Source: Felis catus (lineage: Eukaryota). From it: a stretch of DNA of 64,000 nucleotides. The notes beneath the pieces were generated by a model that saw only the letters and a list, made by a program, of their open reading frames with translations, did not search any database and was not told the origin of the DNA. Below, piece by piece: positions 34,841 through 47,004 of this stretch (position 1 is its first letter; the number at the start of each line of letters is the position of its first letter). The stretch is taken from positions 21,640,001 through 21,704,000 of the forward strand of contig NC_058383.1 of assembly GCF_018350175.1 (NCBI RefSeq), given 5' to 3'. The translations under genes and the position numbers were made by a program.

Positions 34841-37800
34841 ATTTTACCTGAAGTAAGCATGCCTACCCTCAGTACACGTCATCATACAGGAAAAGACAAG
34901 TGTCAAGCTCTCTCTGAAGACACATGGCAAAAGCACCCATGAAAGGGCCTCGGCTGGAAAATGTCATTCTCACATAAGAGCAAAAGTCCAGGGTTGTCCT
35001 AAGTATTTCTTATTTTTATAAGAAAAAACACCCTACCTTCTTAAACAAGTATGGGGTAGGTGTAATTGACAAGATAAAAATGTACTAACAACAAGCCAGA
35101 ATTTCCAGAAATTAACATTTCTAGCTGTCAATAATTAGGCTCAACTCCAAATGCTTGATGGTTAAGAAATTCTTACCTTTGCTCAAACGGTATTTTAAAA
35201 AATAAATGTCACCTATAAACATTCTTTGAAATCTTCATTACAGAGAATGATTTTATGCTCTAAAAAGCCACAAAATAAAGTAACTTCTGGCAGAAAAGTC
35301 AACATGTTACAAACTAGTATATTTAAACTGTAACTGCTCATCAGGCATATTCAAGATTTGTCTTTCTTCCGTACTGCTAATGTTTCCAGTAAGTAATTAT
35401 AATCTCTTTAAGCCTAAACTCTCAAATCAATTATTCTAGCTGCCGTGCTAAAATAATACGGTAGTTTTCAATAGAATCTGCCTCATGATCAGAGGAAAAG
35501 CAAACCCATACGAGTGAAATCAATTCTTCCCGTTTTCCTGATTAGCAGCAGTAGCAGCAGCAATGTCACAGGGGACAGTTTCAAAAAGCACAAACCTGAC
35601 AAAAACTTCAAGCAGATTAGAAAATTCTCTACACCAAGAAATTCTAAAGAAAGGAGCTTCCAACTTCTGTTGCTTTCCCACGCCATAGCTTTCTGCAGGA
35701 AATGCAGAAAGGCACAGTGTCACTGAACTGCTATGGAGGTACAGCTCACCAACTTCCCCTGTATTTGAGGCACAATAACTCAAATTCCATCTGCTTATAT
35801 TCTAAGAGGGACAGGAGGGGAAAGAAGCAGCCAGCCGGTTAAACAATGCAAAGAGCGTTCTGGTCAATTAAGATGAGCCTACAAATCAAATTTATCTAAA
35901 ACTTAGCCAAACTTTGTACTACTATAAAAATCCTCTTACTCATTAATAAACACACTGGAGGATTTATAATATATTTCCCCTGTATAATATACATTCCCTG
36001 TCCTATACTGACTTTGGTGAGTTCTGGAGTGCTGAAGGGCACTGAATGGCACAGAAGGGGCAAGTCTGGCTTTTAAGTTGATACACACAGATGTAAATGC
36101 TAGAATTTCCACTGTGGACAAATGGCTGCAGTGTTAAGTGCCACTGGTCAACCTGGACAAAATACCTAAATGCCTGCCAATCCATCAGCTTCTGTTAATC
36201 CTCAGCAAGTAGGCTGAACTAGATGGCTATTTAAGAAGTTGAAGACTTAAAAACTAATATGAACTATAACAAGCTGTATTTATATTTTACACAGGCGCAA
36301 ACAAATCTTAATATATTTGTTGTAAAGTTATTAAAGTAAGGAAAAATCCCAAGTGGCATCATAAACAACTCAAAATTAAATACTGAATTTAAAATACATA
36401 TTAAATTGAACTCATTTAGTTGTAATTCGCTTCACATGCCCTAGAGAAATGGGAAGCATACCTGTTCCCGAGTCTTAGGAAGCATCCACTTCTAACCCCT
36501 CAGGGAACGTGATCTTCCTACTCAAACATTTCCCACCTCAAATTACTAACACAAAGAGAAAACATCGCTGATTTGCCTCCATACAATCCTCAACTCTTCA
36601 GCAAAATGCCTGAGCAGTCTGTTCTAGAGTACAGATCTTCTCTAACAGCTGGAGGATATCCACACAACATTCACAGCATGGTATTTCCAAGATCTTTAGT
36701 TAATCTATCCATCAAACCTTGTCCTGTAAGTATGTGAGATTCGAAACAATGGGATGATGGAAAGAGTTTTCAGGCAGATGTAGACGCTTTCAAAGAAAAA
36801 ACAAGTCAGACTGCCCTTAAGTCTCTTTCATAAATTCTAGAAGTGATCCTTAAATTTGTTTAACTAGCGCTGTTAAGGGAAAGCTGTTTAAAAAAACAGA
36901 TTCTTTAGCCTCACAGATAAATCAGAATCTATATTTCTTAAAACAAATGTCACATGTGGTTCTCATGTCTGAATAAATTTGGAAAACTGTTATGACAGAT
37001 ACTGTAGGAATATCTGGAGAGCTTCTGAGTTCCATTTGTGACTCAAAAAAAGAAAATACCTAACAATTCAACTAAGAGTTAGTAGCAGGAACAACAAAAG
37101 TCCCAAACACACTGAAGCTTAAAAAAAATTAAGGGGCGGGGGGGGGGGGGGTGTCACCAAATTTATGCAATAAAGAAATTGTCATAAATTACTGAAGATA
37201 ACAAATTATTTAGGAAATACAGGATGGTTAGTTGATTTGTCTTAATTAGAAAAAAATAAAGTTCAGATAAATCAGTTAATAATGTCATAAAGTGCTGGCA
37301 TTTTTAAAAGCTTTTAGAAAAGAAGCAAATTTTTTTCTAAATCTGGATAAACAGCAGGCTTTATAAAAGTCAAGTAATCAAAAAGTAAAAGATTGTTAAG
37401 TTTAACCCAATGAAATTATGCAGTGCAACTTATTTTTTCAAGGGTGTGTGTGTGTTTATTCCAAATTAAAAGGCAAACTGGAAAAATATTTGTCCTTTGG
37501 AATACGTTAAAGGGATCCGTTCTCTCTCCCCTCCCACTGCCTACCCCAATTTTCCCTAACAGAGGGAGGGAAAAGAGGTACTGTTTTGGTTTTAAGGCCC
37601 CTAAAGCTAACATAGGGAAATATTCAACAGAGCCACTAGAATTTAGGGCCAGAGTTCAAGCTAAGAGTATAAAAGTTATTTAATTTTGCTTTTCTTCTTC
37701 TGACTATATATTTTTACATCCTCTGCATACATATACCCCCTTATGGGATCCAGTATTGGGCAAAATTTAGGTATTTTTGTCTGGTATCTCATCCTCAGAA

Positions 37801-40456
37801 CAACTTCAAACATATGACATAGTCTGTAATGTTGGAAATATTTCCATCAAATATATCAGACAGAATCCTAATAAGCGTATTACACAAACAGCTTGTGCAA
37901 GCTGATAACAAAAGCTCTAGGCCCAAGGGGTGAATGGGTTACAAACAAGAATGGGTAATTCATAAGATGAAAAAAGTACAAGTGATTAAACATGATATTC
38001 CATGTTACCAATAAACAAATGTAAATCAAAGCAATAAAATACCAATTTCGGCCTGCCAAATTTAGAAAGATGCTATGCCCCATTTTCATGCTGCAAGACA
38101 TACTCCTTGCACTATGGCAGAGACGCTGCCCTGTGATTCACCCAAGCTGGGTTGGGCCCTACTTTAGCGAGAGGAAAAAGCAAATCATCGTCTGGGTGAG
38201 GGAAAGCCCTGAACTGACCTGGACACTGTATGTGGTTTCTGGAGACCGAGACTGCCAGGACACTGCACAACCACAGTGGTGGTAATTAAAACTTACCAAG
38301 TATCAGCTGGATGCCAGACAATATAGCTGGTATCTATCTTCAGGATTCTATGAACTTGAAATAGTATTTCCATTTTTACAGATGAGGCAACTAAGGCTTA
38401 GAAGAAGGCTGCCCATGATCCAACATCTACTAAATGGCAGAGCTGAAATGTGAAACCAAACTGGACCCCCAAACCAATGTTTCTCCTAGTATAAAGTAAG
38501 TTTCCTCTTACTTATAAGAGCAAAATCAAACTCTCTGAAAATACGGAAATCACTGATTAGGGCTTAGCCACTCTAAAAGCTGCAAATCAAAAATTTCTAT
38601 CATAAGATGTCTATGTTTAGCATTTACTAACCTCTGGCCCAGTGATTTATGTTCTATTATTATTTCATTTCCACAATATCAAGTAGCCTGGATTATCTCT
38701 TTTTAACCAAGTCAAACCGAGGCCTAGGGGTTGAGAAACGTGCCCAAGGTCACAGAAATAAGAATACAAAGGCGATATTCAAATCGAATGCTATCTGACT
38801 CAGAAGCCTGGACTTTTAACACTGCTGTGTTTACGCGAGAATTCCAAGATTATCATCTTCAGTAGAAGATTCAATACTTTCTGCTTCAGGCCAAATGCTG
38901 TCTTTATGCACGATTTTATTAAATGCGTTTTCACTAAGACTACAACACTGAGCCCGCTCGCACTCAGTACGCATTCTAAAACACAGCTACTACTCTTATT
39001 AGAACTAAATGAAGAACATAGAAGTGGAAATTACGACCTATGCTGTGTTATTTGCTAGTCTGGAGCTTTCTCTTACCTGGTCATAGCTGATAAAGCTATT
39101 CTTGCTGATCTCTCCTGACTTCTCAAAAATTTAAACCAGAGGACTCCGGGTTTGTTTCCTTTGAAACTGAAGACCTAACTGTTGCCAAGGCAGAATCTCA
39201 GGGTAGGACACAACCTCAGGATACTCCCACAAGCTCCCCAACAACTATGGGATCATTGGCCACTGCATCTACTTTCCAACAACAGTTTGCCTGCTGACTG
39301 CACGGATCTCTGCTTCTCTCCTATTTCCTGTCTTTGTCCCGCCCCAGCCTCATCACAGATCTCTAAAGTTACAAAATCTTTCATTTCTACTTATTTTAAT
39401 AATTTACTGGCATTTATAAGCGAACATACCTACGTTGGCTAGAAATAAAATGTTCCTTACCTTACAAGCAAAAAGGGGTCCTTAAGTGTCGTTACCGCAT
39501 TGATCACATAAATGTAGATTTACATGTATAAACGTATATAAATCATTTCTCTTTCTCAACAGGAGGAAAGGAAAAATGGTGGCTTTGATATACCTAAACA
39601 GAGTAATTTTACTATTTCCCTGGGAAGCAGAATTTTCCCCTTCCAGTTAGTGCAGAGCTACAAAAAGAGTTACTTACAAAGCTCAAAGACACCTCCCATG
39701 AGAAGAAACACCTTTGCCATTAGTAAATTCTTCACCAACAGGAAACCTGCTTCTCCTTCAAAGAGGTCAGCACATACCTGCCTTCAAAAAGTTACCAAGA
39801 TGGCACATCTGGGATCAGAACCTGGTCTGTCTCTATGACTTAATACCTGCCTATAACATAGAAGTCGTGTTTCTACATTATACTATGTGTGTGTGGGGGG
39901 GGGGGGGGGGGGACACTGCATGAAAGCCCCAATTCTAACAGAACTTCCCAACCTGTGTGACAAAGAATCACAGGTGTGCTGAGGGGAGGAGCACTTCAGC
40001 GGCTGCACAACCAGACTCTCTGGGACTGTCAGCCTCAGCTGGGGGTTGGCCACTGCTGTTTACCCTAACAGCCCCACCAATACCATTTCCATGTGAGCCA
40101 CTATGTGATCAGGTCAGGCAACACACTTTGAGTCACATCTTTTTGGGTCTCAGCTTCTCCTCTGAAAATCTATGCAGCACAGGAATTCTTGGCCAAGCCA
40201 CCAAGTTCCTGAATTTCAATATCACAGGACTGTGACTGAAAAACTTAAGACCTTATGAAGGAATAAGCCGAGACCACAGGTAAATATATTTACCTAAATA
40301 TAAATATATTTACCTATATCTGCACTAACACAAAGATGAGAATGGGAACACAGTGGGGGACAAGGACTTGGAGTTGGTTTTGTCATGAACAACAGTGACA
40401 ACAGTACACGAGACGGGATCAAACACAATAAATAAATACTTCATGAACGTTAAATG

Positions 40457-40482
40457 AACAACAACAACAACAACAACAACAA
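40457..40482. repeat. (AAC)n microsatellite
   Basis: About 8 units. Confidence 0.93.
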
Positions 40483-41205
40483 AACAATGACACTTTATTA
40501 TGGATCCTAACTTTCGGAAAATGGGTTACCACACAATTATTTTGCATTTATCTTTGTTTCCCAAAGGTTGTGAAACATAGCTGACACTGGCAGTGACGAT
40601 TAAAAGAAAAAGCAAAGAAGTGCTTTATTTATTAATGAGAAGGGAACAAATTACACACTTTTCTTCCTTGGGCTGAAATTGAGTCATTTCCATCATATTC
40701 CCAAAGCTAAACTGTGTCAGCTTCACCAAAGAGCATACTAAAAAGAAGGGACTCTTCAGAATATACTTCTCCATCCTTCCGAGGAGTGCGTGACATGGTG
40801 GCTCTGCGGTTTTTTGGTCAGAGTCTCTTTACATCCTCCTTAATTAAGGAGCTGGAGCAAGGCATTCCAAGCTTAATTAGAAGTCAGGTTTTGTACCAAA
40901 AAGGGATTCATTCGTTTTCACTGTGTGGAAGTCTGACACACGGTGAAAGCTTTTAGAAAATTGGCTTCTTACTTGGTCCTCAAAACCCATTCTTTTTCAT
41001 CAACAGAGATGAAGTAAACAATTTCAGAGCTTTCTCTAGTGATTCTTGAAAAGCCAACCACTTTATACACTGCAATTGTCAGATCCTTCCCGATTCATGA
41101 AATTATGCTGGTGATAACAAGTTTTTATTTATTTCTCTGTGCTCAGGGAAATACCATAAAAACCTGTTAAAAGATCTCTCTGGAATATTTTCAAAACATG
41201 CTTTA

Positions 41206-41645
41206 GGGGTGCCCGTGTGGCTCAGTCGGTTAAGCATCCAACTTCAGCTCAGGTCATGATCTCACAGTTGGTGGGTTTGAGCCCTGCACTGGGGTCTGTG
41301 CTGACAGCTCGGAGCCTGGAGCCTGCTTGGGATTCTCTCTCTCCCTCTCTCTCTGCCTCTCCCCTAATCGCGCTCACGCTCGCTCTCTCTCTCTCTGTCT
41401 CTCAAAAATAAATAAATAAACTTAAGGGGCACCTGGGTGGCTCAGCTGGTTAAGCATCTGACTTGGGCTCAGGTCACAATCTCCCGGTTCATGAGTCTGA
41501 GCCCCGCGCCAGGCTCTGTGCTGACGGCTTGGAGCCTGGAGCCTGGAGCCTGCTTCAGATTCCATGTCTCCCTCTCTCTCTGCCCCTCCCTCACTTGTTC
41601 TCTCTCCCCTCCTCAAAAATAAAAAATAAAAAAAATAAACATTAA
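41206..41645 (+). mobile_element. Head-to-tail Can-SINE dimer
   Basis: Heads at 41206 and 41426; aaaacatgc flanks the whole dimer. Confidence 0.92.
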
Positions 41646-42347
41646 AACATGCATTTATTTGGTTTATTCACTGAATATTATTAAAGCATGGGCAATAGCG
41701 TAGCCTTCCTGTTTTGTCTCCCATGTAAATACGGGACTGTTTTCAAAGAAAAAGCCGCAGTAGAGACCAGTAGAGTCAGTCCTCAAATCCTGGCTCAGAC
41801 ACTCAACAGCTGCATAACCAATAGGCAAGTTACTTTTCTTGGCCTCAATTTCACTTCTAAGCGGTGACAATACTGTCTACTTTCATAGGGCTGCTGAAGG
41901 GAGTAAATGCAGACTTAACATTGTGCACACACACTGATAAAGCCCTACTCCCATATTAGTTTTTCAACATCCTACTTCACAAAGACTCAGAGTTCCCAGC
42001 CTGCTACCCTGGCCCCTCCCCTGGGTCCCACACATCTCCCCAAATTCAATAGCTAAAGATTACTCTTAGAACATGAAGCTTTTAGGACACTGCTCCAGTA
42101 TGTGTTCTGAATCACTGGTGACCACTCATTATTAGTGATGAAATATTCAGAATATTTCCCTTGGTTAAATGAAGTAAATATAAAGCAGTGCCTGACACAC
42201 AGTAGGTGCTCCAACTTAGCTATTATGGTGTCTCCAATATGACTTGACATGTAGTCAATTCAATAGGTCTTGAATATTTTGATCATTTTCTAGGAGCAAT
42301 GAAGTTAAGCAATGAAATTGTGTTTGATTAAAAAAAAAAAAATCCTC

Positions 42348-42576
42348 GGGGCGCCTGGGTGGCGCAGTCGGTTAAGCATCCGACTTCAGCCAGGTCACGA
42401 TCTCGCGGTCCGTGAGTTCGAGCCCCGCGTCAGGCTCTGGGCTGATGGCTCAGAGCCTGGAGCCTGTTTCTGATTCTGTGTCTCCCTCTCTCTCTGCCCC
42501 TCCCCCGTTCATGCTCTGTCTCTCTCTGTCCCAAAAATAAATAAACGTTGAAAAAAAAAATTAAAAAAAAAAAAAA
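42348..42576 (+). mobile_element. Young felid Can-SINE (SINEC_Fc-like)
   Basis: CpG-rich head; perfect TSD aaaaaaaatcctc. Confidence 0.95.
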
Positions 42577-42921
42577 TCCTCTAGCCTCTAGGCTAGAATT
42601 GAGTAAGAAGGGGCGGGGGGGGGGGGGGGGGGGGGGGAGAGACTGAGCAAGAACAAAGGCTTCCAAATGTGGCAAGGAACAAAAATGTGTTTTAAATGTT
42701 GATCCAATTTTCATTAAGAGTTTTTAGTTAATCCAGAAAGAGAACAGCAGCAATAAACTATGCTTCCCTATGTGAACACCAGCAAACAAAAAAATCATTA
42801 TCTACTATTTTCCATTACTGCTTCCATCCCAGCCTCCCTTCATCTCCTTTTCAGAGCTCTGAGGTTTGTTACTCTCTGGAATATAACTTGCTTATAAAAA
42901 TCACCTGAAGAAAGCACTGGT

Positions 42922-43025
42922 GAGAGAGAGAGAAAAGAAGAAGAAGGAGAAGGAGGAGGAGGAGGAGGGGGAGGAGGAGGAGGAGAGGGGAGGGAAAGGG
43001 AGGAGGAGGGAGGGAGGAGGAGAGG
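42922..43025. repeat. Polypurine (GA/GAA/GGA) low-complexity tract
   Basis: About 100 nt of uninterrupted purines on the + strand. Confidence 0.93.
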
Positions 43026-43969
43026 TTAGCTGTCAAAAATTAACAGTGTTTATTCTTTTACAAGGAATATATAATCAGCATGTTTTCAAAACAAGCCAGT
43101 GTCAGAGCTGAAAAGCTGCTTTTAAAAAATTACTTTTCTTACTCAAGTTCCCAAGGGTGTTGTGAAGCAGGGGAATATTAACTCCTTCCCTGCCTTTACA
43201 TTATGTAGGCCACAGGGCATTCTTAAAACTTACCCATCTATTCGCATACCTCACCCTAAATTTTTCAGCATTCGACTCCCTTGTTGTTTGAAGGAGAAAC
43301 TCATACATATTTTTAAAAGACATTTCAAATATTCAAACATTCAAATATTCATGCTCCTTACAGTTTTTCAAAAAAGTTCAAGTCACAAGGTGAGAATAAA
43401 ACTTTCAAGAATTTCATTATGTCTCGCATTATGTTGGCTCACATTTTTATCCGATGAGTTATGAATCCACTGCACCCAGAAATAAACACCTACTTGTCTT
43501 CATGTAACAAAGCTGGTCAAGAATTTAATTTATGATACTTTACAAAAACCCAACTTTTATATAAACGGTCTTACCACAGGGTGAAAGCAACATGAGTGTT
43601 ATTTAACCAGAAATGGCAGTAGCCTTAGAAAGAACAGCTCGTTAAAGTCAGAACTCTCTAGAGGGTGCTACAGCCAAACTGGTAATGCTCAGTCTGAACA
43701 CTAAGATCTTGATTCTTGACAATCAAGAAGGCTCTAGAGCTATGCGACCTAATCAAATTTAAAATTCAGTTCCTTGGTCACAGCTTTCTGCCCCACAGCC
43801 CTCTGTCACATTTCTGTCAACTATGTGATAGCCACAAATAACTCAACCTGGGCCTGATACAGACTCTAAATATGGAAAGACAAAAAATGCTGCTGACAGT
43901 ATATTCTGGATTATGTGGATTCTCCTGATTTTTAAAGGTTGGCAATCAAAATTTTAAAGGATAATAAAA

Positions 43970-44255
43970 AAAAAAAGACCAGAGGAGACTGAGGAGACAG
44001 GACAACTAAATGCATTTGTGTATCTTGCACAGGATCTTAGAAGAGAAAGAAGTTAATGGAAGAAACAGTGAAATCTCAATAAAGTCTAGAGTTGCGTTAA
44101 TACCCACATCAGTTTCTTAGTTTTGACAAAGGTGTCACAGAAATACAAGATGTGAATCATGGAAAAACTGGGTGGGGTGCATATGGGAACTCTACTACCT
44201 TTTCAACTTTTCTATATAGCATCAATTATTCCAAAATTAAAGTTTAATAAACAAT
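43970..44255 (+). mobile_element. Old L1 3'-end fragment
   Basis: gagacaggacaactaaatgca...tatgggaactctactacctt ttcaacttttcta, typical of the L1MC/MD 3' UTR. Confidence 0.6.
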
Positions 44256-45284
44256 AACAACTGTGTGTGCCAAACCTGTCCCACAAACCTCCAGTTTGTA
44301 ATCTCTAAACACCACGAATCCCAAATCACAAACACCTCACAGATATTATACACAGCACAAATATAAACAATACATTTTCATAAACGAGAATAATCGTGAC
44401 CAATTATGAAGGGAGATGCCATCAGAAGAAGGGTAAAACGAGTAAAATGCTGGCAAAACAACATAATGCACCTTGAAGAGTTTCAGAGCCTAACATTCTC
44501 AGAATTGTGCAAAGTCTAAAATCTAAAAGATTCAAATATATTCATATTTTAAGTATAGATGTACACCCATGGGCCAGGCAAAAATCTAAGATGGACTATA
44601 ACCATGTGCCCCAAACGTAAGATACATTATAATAGCCTAAGAAATCGGGAAGGGAGGACCAATGGCCACTGGAGCGATCCGGCGGACGATGAGCTCTGAG
44701 AGTCTGGAAACACTGAAAGGGCCTCCTTGGCCGAGGAGTTGGATCAAAAAGAAACAGAAACAGGGATGAACATGAAAGAGAGAAGAATGCTCTGCCAAGT
44801 ATAAAGGAGTGAGGGGCAAACAGCCTGGTTAGATCATGGGAGGTCAGATCAAAGAGGGCCTTGAAAGCCAAGCAGAGAAGTCTGGCCTTGAAGCAGGGCA
44901 AAGGGACAACGTAACATCCCTACAGAGGGAAGGGGTGTGAGGAAAGCAGAGCGTGAAGAAGATGAATTTGGTCATGTTCCTACTACATTAATTTGGAAAT
45001 GCTCACCCCCCTGTATCATTCCACTGTAACTTTCTCACATATCCAGGTTCAAAGCCACAATGTCACCCTCAATTCCCCTCTGATCTCACCAGCTGCAATC
45101 CGACAAATTCTATACCTCACACATCTTTCATCCATCTTCTACCTCTGCTGCCAAGACCTCAGTTCAACTCGTCTTTACCCTGTCTGCTCCTCCTCTTCCC
45201 TCCCTGGTACTGTTTCTATTGGGGACACTAGACACCACTGACAAAGAAACATTCCTGAAGCATAGCTTATGACCGTGATCTTTG

Positions 45285-45492
45285 CTGGCTCTCCACTCTC
45301 TCTTTTTTAAGACTCAAATCAGTAGCTTACTTATTTTTATTTACTTTAAATTTACTTTAAAGTAAAATAAAGTAAATTTTATATTTACTTTAATTCCAGT
45401 ACTGTTAACACACAGTGTCATGTTAGCTTTCGGTGTACATAATACAGTGATTCAACCATTCCACACGTTGCCAGGGCTGGCTCTCCACTCTC
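45285..45492 (-). mobile_element. 5'-truncated carnivore L1 3' end with a 16-bp TSD
   Basis: ctggctctccactctc at 45285-45300 and 45477-45492 flanks a T-rich tail plus gttaacacacagtgtcatgttagctttcggtgtaca. Confidence 0.75.
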
Positions 45493-46982
45493 TAACCAGC
45501 AGGAAGCCCTACGATTTCCCCCTACCTCCAGGTCTATATTCTGTCACTTCCCCCAACACTCCCACACTTATTCTCTGAATACTCCCTCTTCTTGTCCACC
45601 TGCTTCCTCTGCCCAAAGCGCCTTGCTTCTCTTAGCTCCATCTTCCAGCCAAGACTTTCCATGCACAATGACTGACAGCTTTCAAAAGAGAACAAAAAAA
45701 CAAACCATGTCACTCTTCTGCTTAAACTCTTCCATGGCTCCTGTCTATAAAACGCACGTCCAGGCTCCTGGGTCCACAGAGCATGTAAGGCCTCCATTGA
45801 CCTAACTCCTGCCTATCCCTTCAGAAAAACCATTCTACCCTCTACCTACTTACTGCTGGGTATTTGGTGCTCTAGGGATATCCACTGCCAGTATCATCAC
45901 ATTATTTCTTGTCTCTGTACCTTCAATCATGCTGATCCCCTCTGTCATTTCCTTCTTTCTTGGGTTTGGCTGTTTCATCTTTTAAGATCCATCACCCCAA
46001 GGAGATTTTCCTTACCTGCACTCCCCCCCCCCCCCGCCTCCTCCCTGCGCCTTCCTGTCCTGTGTTAAAGAAGCTAACTGTCACTCCTCTGCATCCAGGA
46101 CAACATCAACATTTTTACTTGAAGCAAATCACCTCATACTATCGTATGTATAGGTGTGTCCTTCTACTGCCACTGTCTCCAGTAAAATGTAAGCTAAGAC
46201 TGTTCTTATTCACTCTTACACACTTGCTCCTAATAAACATTACCTTAACGAACGCTGACCTCAAATAAAAACAGGAGGTACTGGCTGCGTATCTCAACCA
46301 AATGTAGAGGACATACTTCTGATACAGCTAAAAGTAAAAACTCAGAATCTTCGAACCTAACAAGTTCAGCAGCTGAGAGCCCTACACCTTTCATTACCAG
46401 GCAGTCAACTCCCGGGAGGGCAAAAAATTCGTGATTCAGGATCTGAGAGGAATTAGGATCCTGCCTCCTTACCACCCCGAAGGCTTTTGCTTGACATGTA
46501 CCGGGAGCTGTTCAACCCAGCAAAATAACCATGAGGTTAGCAATCCACTATTCTTAGTAATTAAATAGAGAGCGGGCATCATTGTCTGCCTCTAGGAAGG
46601 AGTTGGGGACAACTGTATACAGAGACCAAGGAATAAAGCAAGAGACGAGGCGAGAGTCTCAGAGGTAACCCCAGATAAGAAGACTGTTAAATGGAAAACT
46701 GAAGGGAAGGTACATGTGCTCAAAGACTCAAATCAAGGGAGTATGTTAGGAAGTGGTGTTCAACCTAGGAGACAGTTGTAAGGTATGTCTTGAGGCAGTA
46801 TATTTTAAAAGTGGCAATCTACACCACAGTAACCATTAACCCCAAAGGACGTCACTGAAGAAGTCTGTCCCCACCCCTCTTCTTTCATGCTCTTCACTCT
46901 CCCATCCTGGGGGTTAATAAAAATGCATATCAACAACCTTTATGAAAAAAAAAAAGGGTAAAAATAGCTTTAAACAACGTAC

Positions 46983-47004
46983 CTTTGATTTTTTGTTCAG
47001 TGGC
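46983..47004 (-). CDS. TNRC6A: TNRC6A 22-nt microexon (probably exon 4): ATEQKIK(V)
   Basis: ttttag|GCC ACT GAA CAA AAA ATC AAA G|gtacgt. Bridges phase 0 to phase 1 as the flanking exons require; too short for the ORF track. Confidence 0.93.

Noticed and set aside
39461..39554. Possible 94-nt pseudo-exon (gttgag acceptor, AAG|gtaagg donor)
   Set aside because: The GAG acceptor is rare, there are stops in both relevant frames, and there is no other support; such matches are expected by chance.
40278..40315. 18-bp palindrome aggtaaatatatttacct with a partial tandem duplication
   Set aside because: AT-rich, close to chance expectation in 64 kb, and consistent with local slippage.
40836..40851. 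16-bp palindrome ctccttaattaaggag
   Set aside because: About one such palindrome is expected by chance in 64 kb.
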